DNA of 64,000 nt from Candidatus Komeilibacteria bacterium (GCA_048538235.1 JBLYPX010000001.1:264013-328012); one strand, 5' to 3'. Counted from the first letter of the stretch, positions 19,038 through 28,616 are shown. Notes: a model not told the origin generated them from the letters alone. Numbers and translations are program-made.

Positions 19038-20306
19038 ATGGCTAAAATACAAAATATAAAAGCAATTGAGATTTTAGACTCTAGAGGTAATCCAACTGTA
19101 CAGGTTACTGTAGAATTAGATAATGGTTTAAAGTCTAAAGCCTCAGTTCCGTCTGGTGCATCAACCGGTGTGCATGAAGCTTTGGAATTAAGAGATGGAG
19201 ATAAGAAAAGATTTGGTGGTAAAGGGGTTTTAAAGGCAGTTAAGAATGTTAATACAACTATTAATAAATTATTAGTAGGTGAAGATATTAATGATCTGTT
19301 GAAAATAGATAGTTTAATGTTAAAACAGGATGGTACAGAGAATAAAAGTAAATTAGGTGCAAATGCAATTTTGGGAGTGTCTCTTGCCTGTGCTAGAGTT
19401 GGAGCTCTTGCTAATAATAAACCATTATTTAAACATTTAAGAGATGTATATAAATTAAATAAGAAAGGCTACAGCCTACCAACACCACTTTCTAATATTG
19501 TTAATGGTGGAGAACATGCAGATAATAATCTAGACTGGCAAGAGTTTTGGATTATACCAGTTGGTATAAAAGAATATCCTGAGGCTTTAAGAGCTTGTGC
19601 AGAAGTATTTCATACTTTAGCAAAGGAATTAAAGGCAGCTGGTCACGCTACTAATGTTGGTGATGAAGGTGGCTATGCACCACAGTTAAATAATGCTAAA
19701 GAAGTTTGGGAAGCTATTCAAAAGGCTATAAAGGATAGTGGTTATAAACCAGGTAAACATATATTCATGGGAATGGATGCAGGTTCTTCAGAGTTTTTTA
19801 ATAATGATTCAGGTATGTATGAGCTTAAAGGTGAAGGTATAACAGCTTCTAGAGAAGAGATGATTGCTATGTTTGAATCCTGGGTTAAAGATTATCCTAT
19901 TCTTGCATTAGAAGATCTGTTTGATCAAGATGATTGGGAGAGTTGGGAAAATATAACAGCAAACAAAAAGTTTGAAAATATTTCTTTAATTGGAGATGAT
20001 TTATTTGTAACTAATGTAAAAAGATTACAAAAAGGGATTGATCAAAAAGTAGCAAATGCTATTTTAATTAAAGTTAATCAAATTGGGTCTGTATCTGAAA
20101 CAATGGCAGCTATAAAACTTGCACAAGATAATAAATATAAGATAGCTATATCTCATAGAAGTGGTGAAACAACAGATGATTTTATTGCAGATTTGGCTGT
20201 AGCAGTTAATGCTGAATATATTAAAACAGGTGCAACCTCAAGAGGGGAAAGGGTTGCTAAGTATAATAGATTATTAGAAATATATAACGAAATTAATGAA
20301 AAATAA
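19038..20306 (+). CDS. eno: enolase
   Basis: 'IKAIEILDSRGNPTV' N-terminus; 'SHRSGETED' active-site block. Confidence 0.95.
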   Translation: MAKIQNIKAIEILDSRGNPTVQVTVELDNGLKSKASVPSGASTGVHEALELRDGDKKRFGGKGVLKAVKNVNTTINKLLVGEDINDLLKIDSLMLKQDGTENKSKLGANAILGVSLACARVGALANNKPLFKHLRDVYKLNKKGYSLPTPLSNIVNGGEHADNNLDWQEFWIIPVGIKEYPEALRACAEVFHTLAKELKAAGHATNVGDEGGYAPQLNNAKEVWEAIQKAIKDSGYKPGKHIFMGMDAGSSEFFNNDSGMYELKGEGITASREEMIAMFESWVKDYPILALEDLFDQDDWESWENITANKKFENISLIGDDLFVTNVKRLQKGIDQKVANAILIKVNQIGSVSETMAAIKLAQDNKYKIAISHRSGETTDDFIADLAVAVNAEYIKTGATSRGERVAKYNRLLEIYNEINEK

Positions 20307-21855
20307 TAAATATAAACCAGTAGTATTAGCTATTCTGGATGGCTGGGGTTTAACAAAACCCAGTAAAGGTAATGCCATAGCAATAGGTAATACTCCTAAT
20401 ATAGATAACTTCTGGGATAATTATCCCCATACTACGCTGCAAGCTTCTGGTAAGTATGTGGGCTTGCCACGTAATCAATTTGGTAATTCTGAAGCCGGTC
20501 ATCTTAATTTAGGTGCAGGACGTATTGTTAAACAAGATTCTGTAATTATTAACGATGCAATTAAAAGTGGAAGATTCTTTAAGAACCCAGCCTTTTTAGA
20601 TGCGCTTAAGCATGTTGAAAAAAATAAATCGAGCGTCCATGTTATGGGGCTATTATCTGGTCAAGAATCCGCACACGCTGAGAGAGGACATTTGTTAAAA
20701 CTATTAGAACTCATTGAACAACATCATGTATCTAATATTTATTTACACTTGTTTACAGATGGACGCGATGCTCCACAACACGCTGCTTTAACATTTATAC
20801 GTGAAGTACAAAAAGGATTTAAGAATGGCGAGAAGATAGTTTCTATCATGGGTAGATATTATGCAATGGATAGGAATAAGACTTGGAGTAGAACAAAGAA
20901 AGCCTATGATTTATTAACCAGTGGCGTTGGTACTGTAGTATCCAGTCCTGAAGAGGCAATTTTGCAGGCATATAATAGAAATGAAACAGATGAATATATT
21001 AGGCCAACTATTATTGCTAAGGATAATAAGTCTAAAGTAACTATTAAAGATAATGACTCAGTTTTCTTCTTTAACTTAAGATCAGACAGGGCTAGACAAT
21101 TAGCAAAGGCTTTTGTACAAAAAGATTTTGCTAAAATGAATCCTGGTTCATTTCATAGACAAAGAATTCCAAAGAATTTAAAGTTTGTTGCTATGACAGA
21201 TTTTGGCCCAGACTTGGGTGAAATATTGGTAGCTTTTCCTAGTGAAGACGTTAAAGACACCTTACCAGTTGCTTTAAAAGATTATACTCAACTATATATT
21301 TCTGAGAGTGAAAAGTTTGCACACGTTACATACTTTTTTAATGGTGGTTATGCAGACCCAGTAAATGGTGAGGCTCGTATTAAAGTACCATCACCAAAAG
21401 TAAAGTCATATGCTATGAGACCTGAAATGTCTAGTAAAGAGTTAACAGATATTGTCGTGAACAGTATTAAGGAAAAGCAATATGATTTTATTTGTATAAA
21501 TTTTCCTAATCCAGACATGATTGGTCATACTGGTAATTTATTAGCTGGTGTAAAAGCTGTTGAAGCAGTAGATAAAGCAGTTGGTAAAATATATAAAGAA
21601 ATTGCTAAGCATAAGGGTAGTTTAGTTATAGTTGCAGATCATGGTAATGCTGAAGAAATGATCAATCTTAAAACAGGTGAAGTTCATACAGAACATACTA
21701 GCAATTTAGTACCGTTTATTATTGTTAATCATAATAAATATAAATTAAAGAAGGGGAGTTTATGTAATGTAGCCCCTACCATATTAGATATGCTAGATAT
21801 TAAAAAACCAAAGTTAATGGCAGCTAATTCATTAATTACAAGTAAGCATGTTTGA
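20296..21855 (+). CDS. gpmI: 2,3-bisphosphoglycerate-independent phosphoglycerate mutase (copy 1)
   Basis: 'PVVLAILDGWG', 'GNSEAGHLNLGAGR', 'FTDGRD' and C-terminal 'ADHGN' motifs. Confidence 0.92.
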   Translation: MKNNKYKPVVLAILDGWGLTKPSKGNAIAIGNTPNIDNFWDNYPHTTLQASGKYVGLPRNQFGNSEAGHLNLGAGRIVKQDSVIINDAIKSGRFFKNPAFLDALKHVEKNKSSVHVMGLLSGQESAHAERGHLLKLLELIEQHHVSNIYLHLFTDGRDAPQHAALTFIREVQKGFKNGEKIVSIMGRYYAMDRNKTWSRTKKAYDLLTSGVGTVVSSPEEAILQAYNRNETDEYIRPTIIAKDNKSKVTIKDNDSVFFFNLRSDRARQLAKAFVQKDFAKMNPGSFHRQRIPKNLKFVAMTDFGPDLGEILVAFPSEDVKDTLPVALKDYTQLYISESEKFAHVTYFFNGGYADPVNGEARIKVPSPKVKSYAMRPEMSSKELTDIVVNSIKEKQYDFICINFPNPDMIGHTGNLLAGVKAVEAVDKAVGKIYKEIAKHKGSLVIVADHGNAEEMINLKTGEVHTEHTSNLVPFIIVNHNKYKLKKGSLCNVAPTILDMLDIKKPKLMAANSLITSKHV

Positions 21856-23425
21856 AGATAGACCAAAGCCAGTTGTTTTAATGATTCTAGATGGTTGGGG
21901 AGCAGCACCGGCTGCTAAAGCTAATGCCATAGAACTTGCTAAAACGCCTAATTTGGACAGTTATGTCCTAAAATACCCAGTTGTAACCCTTCAAGCCTCT
22001 GGTGAGTCTGTAGGCCTTTCTTGGGGCGAAATGGGCAATTCAGAGGTGGGACATTTATCTTTAGGCAGTGGTACTATTATTTACCAGAGCTTACCTCGTA
22101 TAACTAGATCTATTGCTGATGGTTCATTTTATTCTAATGAGGAATTTTTAGCAGCTTGTAAGCATGCTAAAGATAATAATAGTTCATTACATTTAGTTGG
22201 ATTATTATCTGACGGAAGTGTTCATAGCTATAATGAGCACTTGTATGCATTATTAGAAGTCGCTAAACAACAAGATGTAGATAATGTATTTATTCATGTA
22301 ATTTTAGACGGTAGAGATACTTCATACAATTCTGGTGAAAAGTTTATTGCTAAATTGGAAGATAAGATAAATACAATTGGTGTTGGAAAAATTGCAACCA
22401 TTTCTGGTAGATATTATGCCATGGATAGAGATAATCATTGGGAAAGAATTAGTAAAACATATGCTGCAATGACAAAAGGCGAGGGAAGTACTGTTAAGAC
22501 AGCTAGTGAGGCAATTGCCGCGTCATATGCTAAAGGTGTTTATGATGAGGAGTTTGTGCCAGTAGTTATTGCAGATGGTCAGGCAAATATTGTTAAAGAT
22601 AAAGATTCGATAATATTTTTTAATTATAGAGCAGATAGAGCCAGAGAATTAAGCAAGGCTTTTGTTTTACCAAGTTTTGATAAACTTGATTGTGAAAGAG
22701 AGTATTTCCCAGATCTATATTTTGTTGCTATGACAGAGTATGAAAAAGATTTACCTATTAAGGTTGCTTTTCCACCTATCGCTATTGAAGAGCCACTAGC
22801 TAAGGTTATATCTCAAGCCGGTTTAAAACAATTGCATATTGCAGAAACAGAAAAATATGCTCACGTTACATTCTTTTTTAATGGTGGTAAAGAGGAAGAG
22901 TATGAAGGTGAAGATAGGGTTTTAATACCATCACCAAGAATACCTTCATATGATCAACAACCTAAGATGAGTGCAGATAAAGTAACAGAGAGTGTAATTA
23001 AGGAAATTAAAGCAGATAAGTATGATTTTATTGTACTTAACTTTGCCAACGGAGATATGGTCGGTCATACAGGTAATATTAAAGCAACAATTGAAGCGGT
23101 TGAGTATATAGATGCATCAGTTTCTAAGATAGTTGATGTTATTTTGGAAAAAGACGGCGTAGCTTTAATTACGGCTGATCATGGTAATGCTGAAGAGTTA
23201 TTTAATTTACAAACGGGTGAGATGGTAAAAGAACATTCAGTAAACCCTGTACCGTTATATATAATTGCTAATCAATTAGAGGGTAAAGCAATTCTGCCAG
23301 GCGTAACTCCTCAGAATTTAGCAAGTCAAGTACCGACTGGAATTTTATCCGACGTAGCACCAACAATAATTAAAATAATGAAATTAAAAAAGCCCGACCA
23401 AATGACTGGTACGAGCTTAATATAG
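21848..23425 (+). CDS. gpmI: 2,3-bisphosphoglycerate-independent phosphoglycerate mutase (copy 2, tandem paralog)
   Basis: 'PVVLMILDGWG', 'GNSEVGHLSLGSG', 'LDGRDT' and 'ADHGN'. Full length and diverged from copy 1. Confidence 0.9.
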   Translation: MFEDRPKPVVLMILDGWGAAPAAKANAIELAKTPNLDSYVLKYPVVTLQASGESVGLSWGEMGNSEVGHLSLGSGTIIYQSLPRITRSIADGSFYSNEEFLAACKHAKDNNSSLHLVGLLSDGSVHSYNEHLYALLEVAKQQDVDNVFIHVILDGRDTSYNSGEKFIAKLEDKINTIGVGKIATISGRYYAMDRDNHWERISKTYAAMTKGEGSTVKTASEAIAASYAKGVYDEEFVPVVIADGQANIVKDKDSIIFFNYRADRARELSKAFVLPSFDKLDCEREYFPDLYFVAMTEYEKDLPIKVAFPPIAIEEPLAKVISQAGLKQLHIAETEKYAHVTFFFNGGKEEEYEGEDRVLIPSPRIPSYDQQPKMSADKVTESVIKEIKADKYDFIVLNFANGDMVGHTGNIKATIEAVEYIDASVSKIVDVILEKDGVALITADHGNAEELFNLQTGEMVKEHSVNPVPLYIIANQLEGKAILPGVTPQNLASQVPTGILSDVAPTIIKIMKLKKPDQMTGTSLI

Positions 23426-23437
23426 TTTAAGGTTTGT

Positions 23438-23851
23438 TTAGAACAATAGCCAAGTAAGACCAATACCGATAATAATTCCAACTATAACTTCACTTAGACT
23501 ATGACCAGTTCTTTCATTAAGTAAAGGATATTTATATTCTTGTTTATCTGGCAATTCTTTAATAAGTTTATTTAAGATATTACCTTGGAAACCAATTTGA
23601 TGCCTAGTTGTAAAAGCATCCCAGATAACTATCATAGCAATAGCTAATGCTAATACAAAGATAGGGGATTCTGGGCCAGCTGTTAAATAGATTACTGTAG
23701 CAGCAGAAGAGGCAAAGGATGAATGAGATGAAGGCATACCACCATTACTAGTTAGGTGATTCCAAGAGAAATTTCCTTTAATAGTTTCAATAATTAGTTT
23801 TAATAATTGATTTGCAACTAAAACAATAATAGGTATTAAGTAAATTGGCAT
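23438..23851 (-). CDS. divergent PAP2-superfamily membrane protein (DUF212-like)
   Basis: 4-TM protein with 'MPSSHSSF' resembling the PAP2 PSGH motif. Confidence 0.6.
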   Translation of the reverse strand: MPIYLIPIIVLVANQLLKLIIETIKGNFSWNHLTSNGGMPSSHSSFASSAATVIYLTAGPESPIFVLALAIAMIVIWDAFTTRHQIGFQGNILNKLIKELPDKQEYKYPLLNERTGHSLSEVIVGIIIGIGLTWLLF

Positions 23852-23869
23852 ATATTTAATTAAATATTT

Positions 23870-24679
23870 ATGAATACATTATACATTATAATCAGTGGAA
23901 TAATCCAGGCCTTAACGGAATTTTTACCAATTTCTAGCTCAGGTCATTTAGTTATTTGGCATAATATTATTTCATCACCTGTTAATGCTTTAGATTTAGA
24001 TATAATTTTACATTTAGGTTCAGTGCTAGCATTGATTGTGTTTTTTAGAAAAGATATTATTAAAATCTTAAAAGAATGGTTTATATCTTTTTCAGGAAAG
24101 GTAACAGCTTATAGTAGATTAGGTTGGTTATTAATATTATCTACTATACCAGCGGGCCTAGTTGGTTTCTTTGCAGAAGATATAATCACTAATATATTTA
24201 GGTCTATGTACTGGGTAATAGCTATGCTCATTATTGTTAGTTTTATTTTTATTATTGTTGAGAAAAAAATAAAAACCAATAATGATGTGTTTACTATTGG
24301 AATTAAGGAAGCAATATATATTGGACTCGCACAATGTTTAGCTTTAATACCAGGAACTTCTAGATCTGGTATTACAATTGTTACGGGAATGCTCTGTAAA
24401 CTAAAACGAGCAGAAGCTGCTCGTTATTCTTTTCTCTTAGCTATCCCAATTATATTGGGTGCTAGTATTCGTGGTTTAATGATGATTGCTAGCCAGGGCA
24501 CGACAAGTAGTAGCATGATAATGCTGGGTACTGGATTGTTCATAAGTTTTATTTTTAGTTTTTTTGTTATTAAATTTTTATTACAGTTTTTGAATAATCA
24601 TTCGCTTAAGGTTTTTGCCTATTACCGTTTAGCTTTAGCGCTTGTTCTAATTATTCTATTAACTGTAGGAGTGATTTAG
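23870..24679 (+). CDS. uppP: undecaprenyl-diphosphatase
   Basis: 'FLPISSSGHL' signature near the N-terminus; 8 TM; 'PGTSRSG' second motif. Confidence 0.9.
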   Translation: MNTLYIIISGIIQALTEFLPISSSGHLVIWHNIISSPVNALDLDIILHLGSVLALIVFFRKDIIKILKEWFISFSGKVTAYSRLGWLLILSTIPAGLVGFFAEDIITNIFRSMYWVIAMLIIVSFIFIIVEKKIKTNNDVFTIGIKEAIYIGLAQCLALIPGTSRSGITIVTGMLCKLKRAEAARYSFLLAIPIILGASIRGLMMIASQGTTSSSMIMLGTGLFISFIFSFFVIKFLLQFLNNHSLKVFAYYRLALALVLIILLTVGVI

Positions 24680-25246
24680 TAATATGGTATTGCTTTGAAT
24701 GAATTCACTAAATCCTTCAGATAATCTTAGTACTGGTTGAGCTCCAAATATTTGTACAATTATTGTTTCAAGATTACCATCAATATCTCCCTGCATTACA
24801 ACGAGTCCTATCTCGTTGTATTTTTCATTTAAAATATTTTCTTTATGCTTAGGTGAATCCATCCAAGCTTTCATAACATCTTTATTAGTAGCAAAACCGA
24901 TAGCTAGATTCTCACCAATTATTTGGAAATTATATCCAGATTCAATTATCCATTCAGAGAACTGTTTACCAGCTGGTGAATTATGTGAGAAGTAATCATG
25001 TTGAATTAAATGTTTAGCCTTACTAGTAGCAGCGTTTGTTAATTTATTATTAACTGTTAATGGATTCAAGCCTTTAATATCTCTAATCTCATTTGTTAAT
25101 ATAATTAAATCCTGACTATTAATTTCTGTTTCTAATATGCTAGGGGATTGAGATCTACCAGGAGTAACAAAAAACAGTAAGCAAATAGCACTTACTGTGA
25201 CAGCAATACTTACAATAAAGCTTGTTTTATTATTTAAAATATTCAT
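24659..25246 (-). CDS. secreted CAP/SCP (PR-1-like) domain protein
   Basis: Signal-peptide-like N-terminus and a CAP block 'HNSPAGKQFSEWI...GENLAIGF'. The ORF track extends to 25342, but the start is placed at the Met preceding the signal peptide because a hairpin (25293-25317) lies in the extension. Confidence 0.7.
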   Translation of the reverse strand: MNILNNKTSFIVSIAVTVSAICLLFFVTPGRSQSPSILETEINSQDLIILTNEIRDIKGLNPLTVNNKLTNAATSKAKHLIQHDYFSHNSPAGKQFSEWIIESGYNFQIIGENLAIGFATNKDVMKAWMDSPKHKENILNEKYNEIGLVVMQGDIDGNLETIIVQIFGAQPVLRLSEGFSEFIQSNTILLNHSYS

Positions 25247-25422
25247 TTGTTTTTTGTTTTTGTTTTTTTGCGCTAATTTTCTACGCAACATAAAAAGCCC
25301 GCTTTGAGGGCTTTTATACATACATCTTAGCACATATTTCATAAAAAGTCAAGTGAATTATTACTATAAGATGTTATCTAATCATATAGCGCAAATCATG
25401 TCAATTGCGGTATAATATATTC

Positions 25423-26058
25423 ATGGAGGATATATCTCAAGACAATTTAATAAATTATTTAAAAGGTAAGGGTGTTTTAAATTCTGAAAGGATTGAAAGT
25501 GCTATTAGAAAAGTGAAGAGAGAAGATTTTGTTAATGTTAATAGTAGAACTGAAGCATATATTGATCATCCTTTAAGTATTGGTTTTGGACAGACCATTT
25601 CTCAACCAAGTACGGTTGTGTTTATGCTTGAGCAATTAAAAATTGAAATAGGAGATAATGTTTTAGATGTTGGCTGTGGTTCTGGTTGGCAATTAGCTTT
25701 ATTGGCTGACCTGGTTGGAGATGGTGGTAGAGTAACTGGTATTGAGATTATTAAAGATTTAGCAATTAAGGCAAGGAATAATATTGCTAAGTATAATTTT
25801 AATAATATACAAATAGTTAATGGTGATGGTAATAATGGTTTTTCAATTAATGCACCTTTTGATAAAATTGTTTGTGCTTGCGCTACTAAAGGTGAAATAC
25901 CAAAAGCGTTACTTGAACAATTGCGCCTAGGTGGCATGCTAATGATACCAGTGGGTGATGGAATTCAAGATTTACTACTGATCAAAAAAATTGGTCATGA
26001 TAGATTTGAGAAAAAAAGATTTCCAGGGTTTATGTTTGTACCCTTTGTTAAAAAATAA
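25423..26058 (+). CDS. pcm: protein-L-isoaspartate O-methyltransferase
   Basis: SAM-binding 'VLDVGCGSGW'. ATG 25423 lies 6 nt after TATAAT (25411-25416). The ORF track's TTG 25405 is probably not the start. Confidence 0.85.
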   Translation: MEDISQDNLINYLKGKGVLNSERIESAIRKVKREDFVNVNSRTEAYIDHPLSIGFGQTISQPSTVVFMLEQLKIEIGDNVLDVGCGSGWQLALLADLVGDGGRVTGIEIIKDLAIKARNNIAKYNFNNIQIVNGDGNNGFSINAPFDKIVCACATKGEIPKALLEQLRLGGMLMIPVGDGIQDLLLIKKIGHDRFEKKRFPGFMFVPFVKK

Positions 26059-26067
26059 TATATATAA

Positions 26068-27084
26068 ATGATAACAGAATACAAAAAGAAAAAGTTTGAA
26101 TTAAATAAATTTCTATTAATTCTTTTTTTAATTATACTTGTTTGGTTTTTTGGCTCAGCACTTTTTAATAATAATGAGTCTGGTGAAATGGAATTATTTG
26201 TTATACAACCAGGTGAATCTGTTTCCAGCATTGCTAATAGATTGCAAGAAAAAGATTTAATAGATTCAGAGTTTGGTTTTAAAGCATATTTGCAATTAAC
26301 AGATAAGGGTTCTGAATTAAAAGCGGGCGAGCACTATTTATCTACAAAGATGAGTGTGAAGGAAATTGTAGAGACTTTAATGATTGCTTCGTCGCAACCA
26401 GACACGCAGATAACTATTATTGAGGGTTGGAGTAATTTAGATATAGCGGAATATTTAAATGTAAATTTAGGTATTAAGGTGAATGATTTTATTGCAGCCA
26501 CTACTAGAGATTATTCAGATTATACTTTTTTACCAAGTAGAAATATTGAAGATTATTTACAAGGATATTTATTTCCAGATACCTATCGCATATTACCAGA
26601 TGCAAGTTCTGAGGATATTGTTGGTAAAATGTTAGATACATTTGAAACTAAAGTTTATGTGCCAAATTTATCTATCATACAAAAGAGTTCTATGGATTTG
26701 CATGATATTTTAACATTAGCGTCTATTGTAGAAATGGAAGTAAGTTCAGAAGCAGATAGAAAATTAGTGGCAGATATATTTTTAAGAAGATTAGCTGACA
26801 ATTATCCACTACAGTCTGATGCTACAGTAAATTATGTGACAAAATCTGGCAGAGCTCAATCTACTATTAATGATACAAAGATAGATTCACCATATAATAC
26901 ATATAAATATTCTGGTTTACCACCAGGACCAATAGGAAATCCAAGTATTTCATCAATTAAAGCTGTTCTAAACCCAGTAACTAATACATATTATTTCTTT
27001 TTAACTACCAAGGATGACGGTAGGGTAATATATAGTAGAACATATGATGAACATCTACAAAATAAAGCTAAGTATTTAGACTAA
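26068..27084 (+). CDS. mltG: endolytic murein transglycosylase MltG (YceG-like)
   Basis: N-terminal TM; 'LQSDATVNY' and 'SPYNTYKYSGLPPGPIGNPS' YceG signatures. Confidence 0.85.
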   Translation: MITEYKKKKFELNKFLLILFLIILVWFFGSALFNNNESGEMELFVIQPGESVSSIANRLQEKDLIDSEFGFKAYLQLTDKGSELKAGEHYLSTKMSVKEIVETLMIASSQPDTQITIIEGWSNLDIAEYLNVNLGIKVNDFIAATTRDYSDYTFLPSRNIEDYLQGYLFPDTYRILPDASSEDIVGKMLDTFETKVYVPNLSIIQKSSMDLHDILTLASIVEMEVSSEADRKLVADIFLRRLADNYPLQSDATVNYVTKSGRAQSTINDTKIDSPYNTYKYSGLPPGPIGNPSISSIKAVLNPVTNTYYFFLTTKDDGRVIYSRTYDEHLQNKAKYLD

Positions 27085-27089
27085 TATAT

Positions 27090-27440
27090 ATGAAAAAGTT
27101 TTTTACAATTCTTTTCGTAACATTTGGCGTTTTATTCTTAATTGAGATTATTATTGTTGCTTATTTATTTTTAGCAGACCCTTTTGGTATAAAGGAAATG
27201 TTACCAAGTATGGATACGACAGCTAATAATCAGGCGGTAGATCAACACCCTTTACTTGATGCATCTCAAGAAAAGATTTTATCTACTTTGGGTGTAGATG
27301 TAGCTAATTTACCAACAGAAATGACACCAGAACTGCAAAGTTGTTTAACAGAAGCAGTTGGTGCAGATAGAGCTAAAGAAATTATGGAAGGTGCGACACC
27401 TGGTGTAATGGATGTTATAAAAGCAAAATCCTGTTTATAA
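27090..27440 (+). CDS. hypothetical small membrane-anchored protein
   Basis: N-terminal TM; two Cys near the C-terminus. No family assigned. Confidence 0.45.
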   Translation: MKKFFTILFVTFGVLFLIEIIIVAYLFLADPFGIKEMLPSMDTTANNQAVDQHPLLDASQEKILSTLGVDVANLPTEMTPELQSCLTEAVGADRAKEIMEGATPGVMDVIKAKSCL

Positions 27441-27460
27441 TTTAAAATAAAATTAAATTC

Positions 27461-27493
27461 AAAACCCCGCCAAGTTTCTTGGCGGGGTTTTTC
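27461..27493. terminator. bidirectional rho-independent terminator
   Basis: CCCCGCC/GGCGGGG stem flanked by an A-run and a T-run. Confidence 0.8.
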
Positions 27494-27507
27494 CATGTTT
27501 TGGACTG

Positions 27508-27897
27508 TTAAGTGAATGTTGCGCGATTCTTGTTGGCGTATTCACGGGTAGAGACGGTTTGAACGTAGGATGAAGCGATGTAGGAAATTTCGATGGCCGA
27601 TATGGCACATTCACCTCCATTTCCTGAGTACGCCAGCAGAGGGATCATCATGGTATTGTTGCCAGGATACAGGCTTGTAACATTTTCAAAAGATGACAGG
27701 CTGGAGACAATTTGAACGGCCGGAATGGCACTGACCTCCTGAGAAATTTTCTCCGCATTGCTGGTTTCCGCGACAACGATGTCTTGCTTTACAAAGCTCG
27801 CTGCAGACTCCGCAGGTGACGCTTTGTTATTACCGAAAAGACTTCCGGTAATCAGAAGCAAGGGTAGAACAAGAGCTGTGATTAATTTCTTAATCAT
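27508..27897 (-). CDS. secreted hypothetical protein in a GC-elevated islet
   Basis: Start placed at the second ATG, preceded by GGAGG plus 6 nt. Signal peptide 'MIKKLITALVLPLLLITGSLFG'. Visibly higher G+C than the flanks. Confidence 0.55.
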   Translation of the reverse strand: MIKKLITALVLPLLLITGSLFGNNKASPAESAASFVKQDIVVAETSNAEKISQEVSAIPAVQIVSSLSSFENVTSLYPGNNTMMIPLLAYSGNGGECAISAIEISYIASSYVQTVSTREYANKNRATFT

Positions 27898-28040
27898 TTT
27901 GACCTCCATTTCTACGGTTAAAGAACAAAAAACGGTATCAATTCCGTTGTATATAGTCTAACATTATATATATTATTTTTGAAGTGGATAAATTAAAAAC
28001 CCTCTCAATATTATATTAAAAGGGTTTTTAAGTTTGAGGG

Positions 28041-28250
28041 TTAGGTTGCATGTTCATATTTTTCCTCTTTTATTTTGCAGAAAGGACAGGGGATAGGTTG
28101 GGCTTTTATATACCCAACTCCTTTGCAGTGATTACAGAGTCTATTGTTAATAGCTCTATAACCACAACACTTTGGACAGCGCGATTGGTCAGTATATATG
28201 CCAGTATTTCGGCACATATCGCAGTATAGGGGTTTTGCTATTTTATGCAT
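28041..28250 (-). CDS. small Cys-rich (multi-CxxC) zinc-ribbon-like protein
   Basis: 'MHKIAKPLYCDMC...CPKCCGY...CNHCKG...CPFCK'. Start chosen at the ATG preceded by AAGGAGG plus 5 nt. Confidence 0.5.
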   Translation of the reverse strand: MHKIAKPLYCDMCRNTGIYTDQSRCPKCCGYRAINNRLCNHCKGVGYIKAQPIPCPFCKIKEEKYEHAT

Positions 28251-28320
28251 TTTAACCTCCTTTCTAGCAATACCATCTGCTAATTTGAAGATAGCACTTA
28301 AATAGTATCCGGTCAAAGTG

Positions 28321-28349
28321 TTGACAGATATTAGTAAATAATATATACT
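28321..28349 (+). promoter_or_regulatory. sigma70-like promoter of the rplJ-rplL leader
   Basis: TTGACA, 17-nt spacer, TATACT. Confidence 0.5.
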
Positions 28350-28437
28350 ATTTTTACCGTAGAAAGTGAGTGGTCGCCAAAGGCCTTAAATATCTCATTT
28401 AGGTAAATAAATAGCTACTTTAAGCTATGTTTATATC

Positions 28438-28460
28438 TACGGTTTATCCGTAGTTTTTTA
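28438..28460 (+). promoter_or_regulatory. leader terminator/attenuator hairpin upstream of rplJ
   Basis: CTACGG-tttat-CCGTAG followed by TTTTTT. The upstream ACCGTAG (28360-28366) could pair alternatively with CTACGGT. Confidence 0.4.
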
Positions 28461-28616
28461 ATTATATTTATGGATCAACAGGAAAAAATTATATTTAGCT
28501 CAATTTTAATTAGCTATACACTAATAGTTATTGGTGTTTGGGAGTATATTATTCAGCCAGTAGTAAGTTTTGCTAAAGAGATTATTTCACTTTATTAATT
28601 ATATATATAAAATAAT

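Noticed and set aside
21848-23425. Second gpmI copy as a pseudogene
   Set aside because: It is full length with an intact reading frame and retains the phosphoserine region, the Mn-site motifs and the C-terminal ADHGN block, so a functional paralog is more likely.
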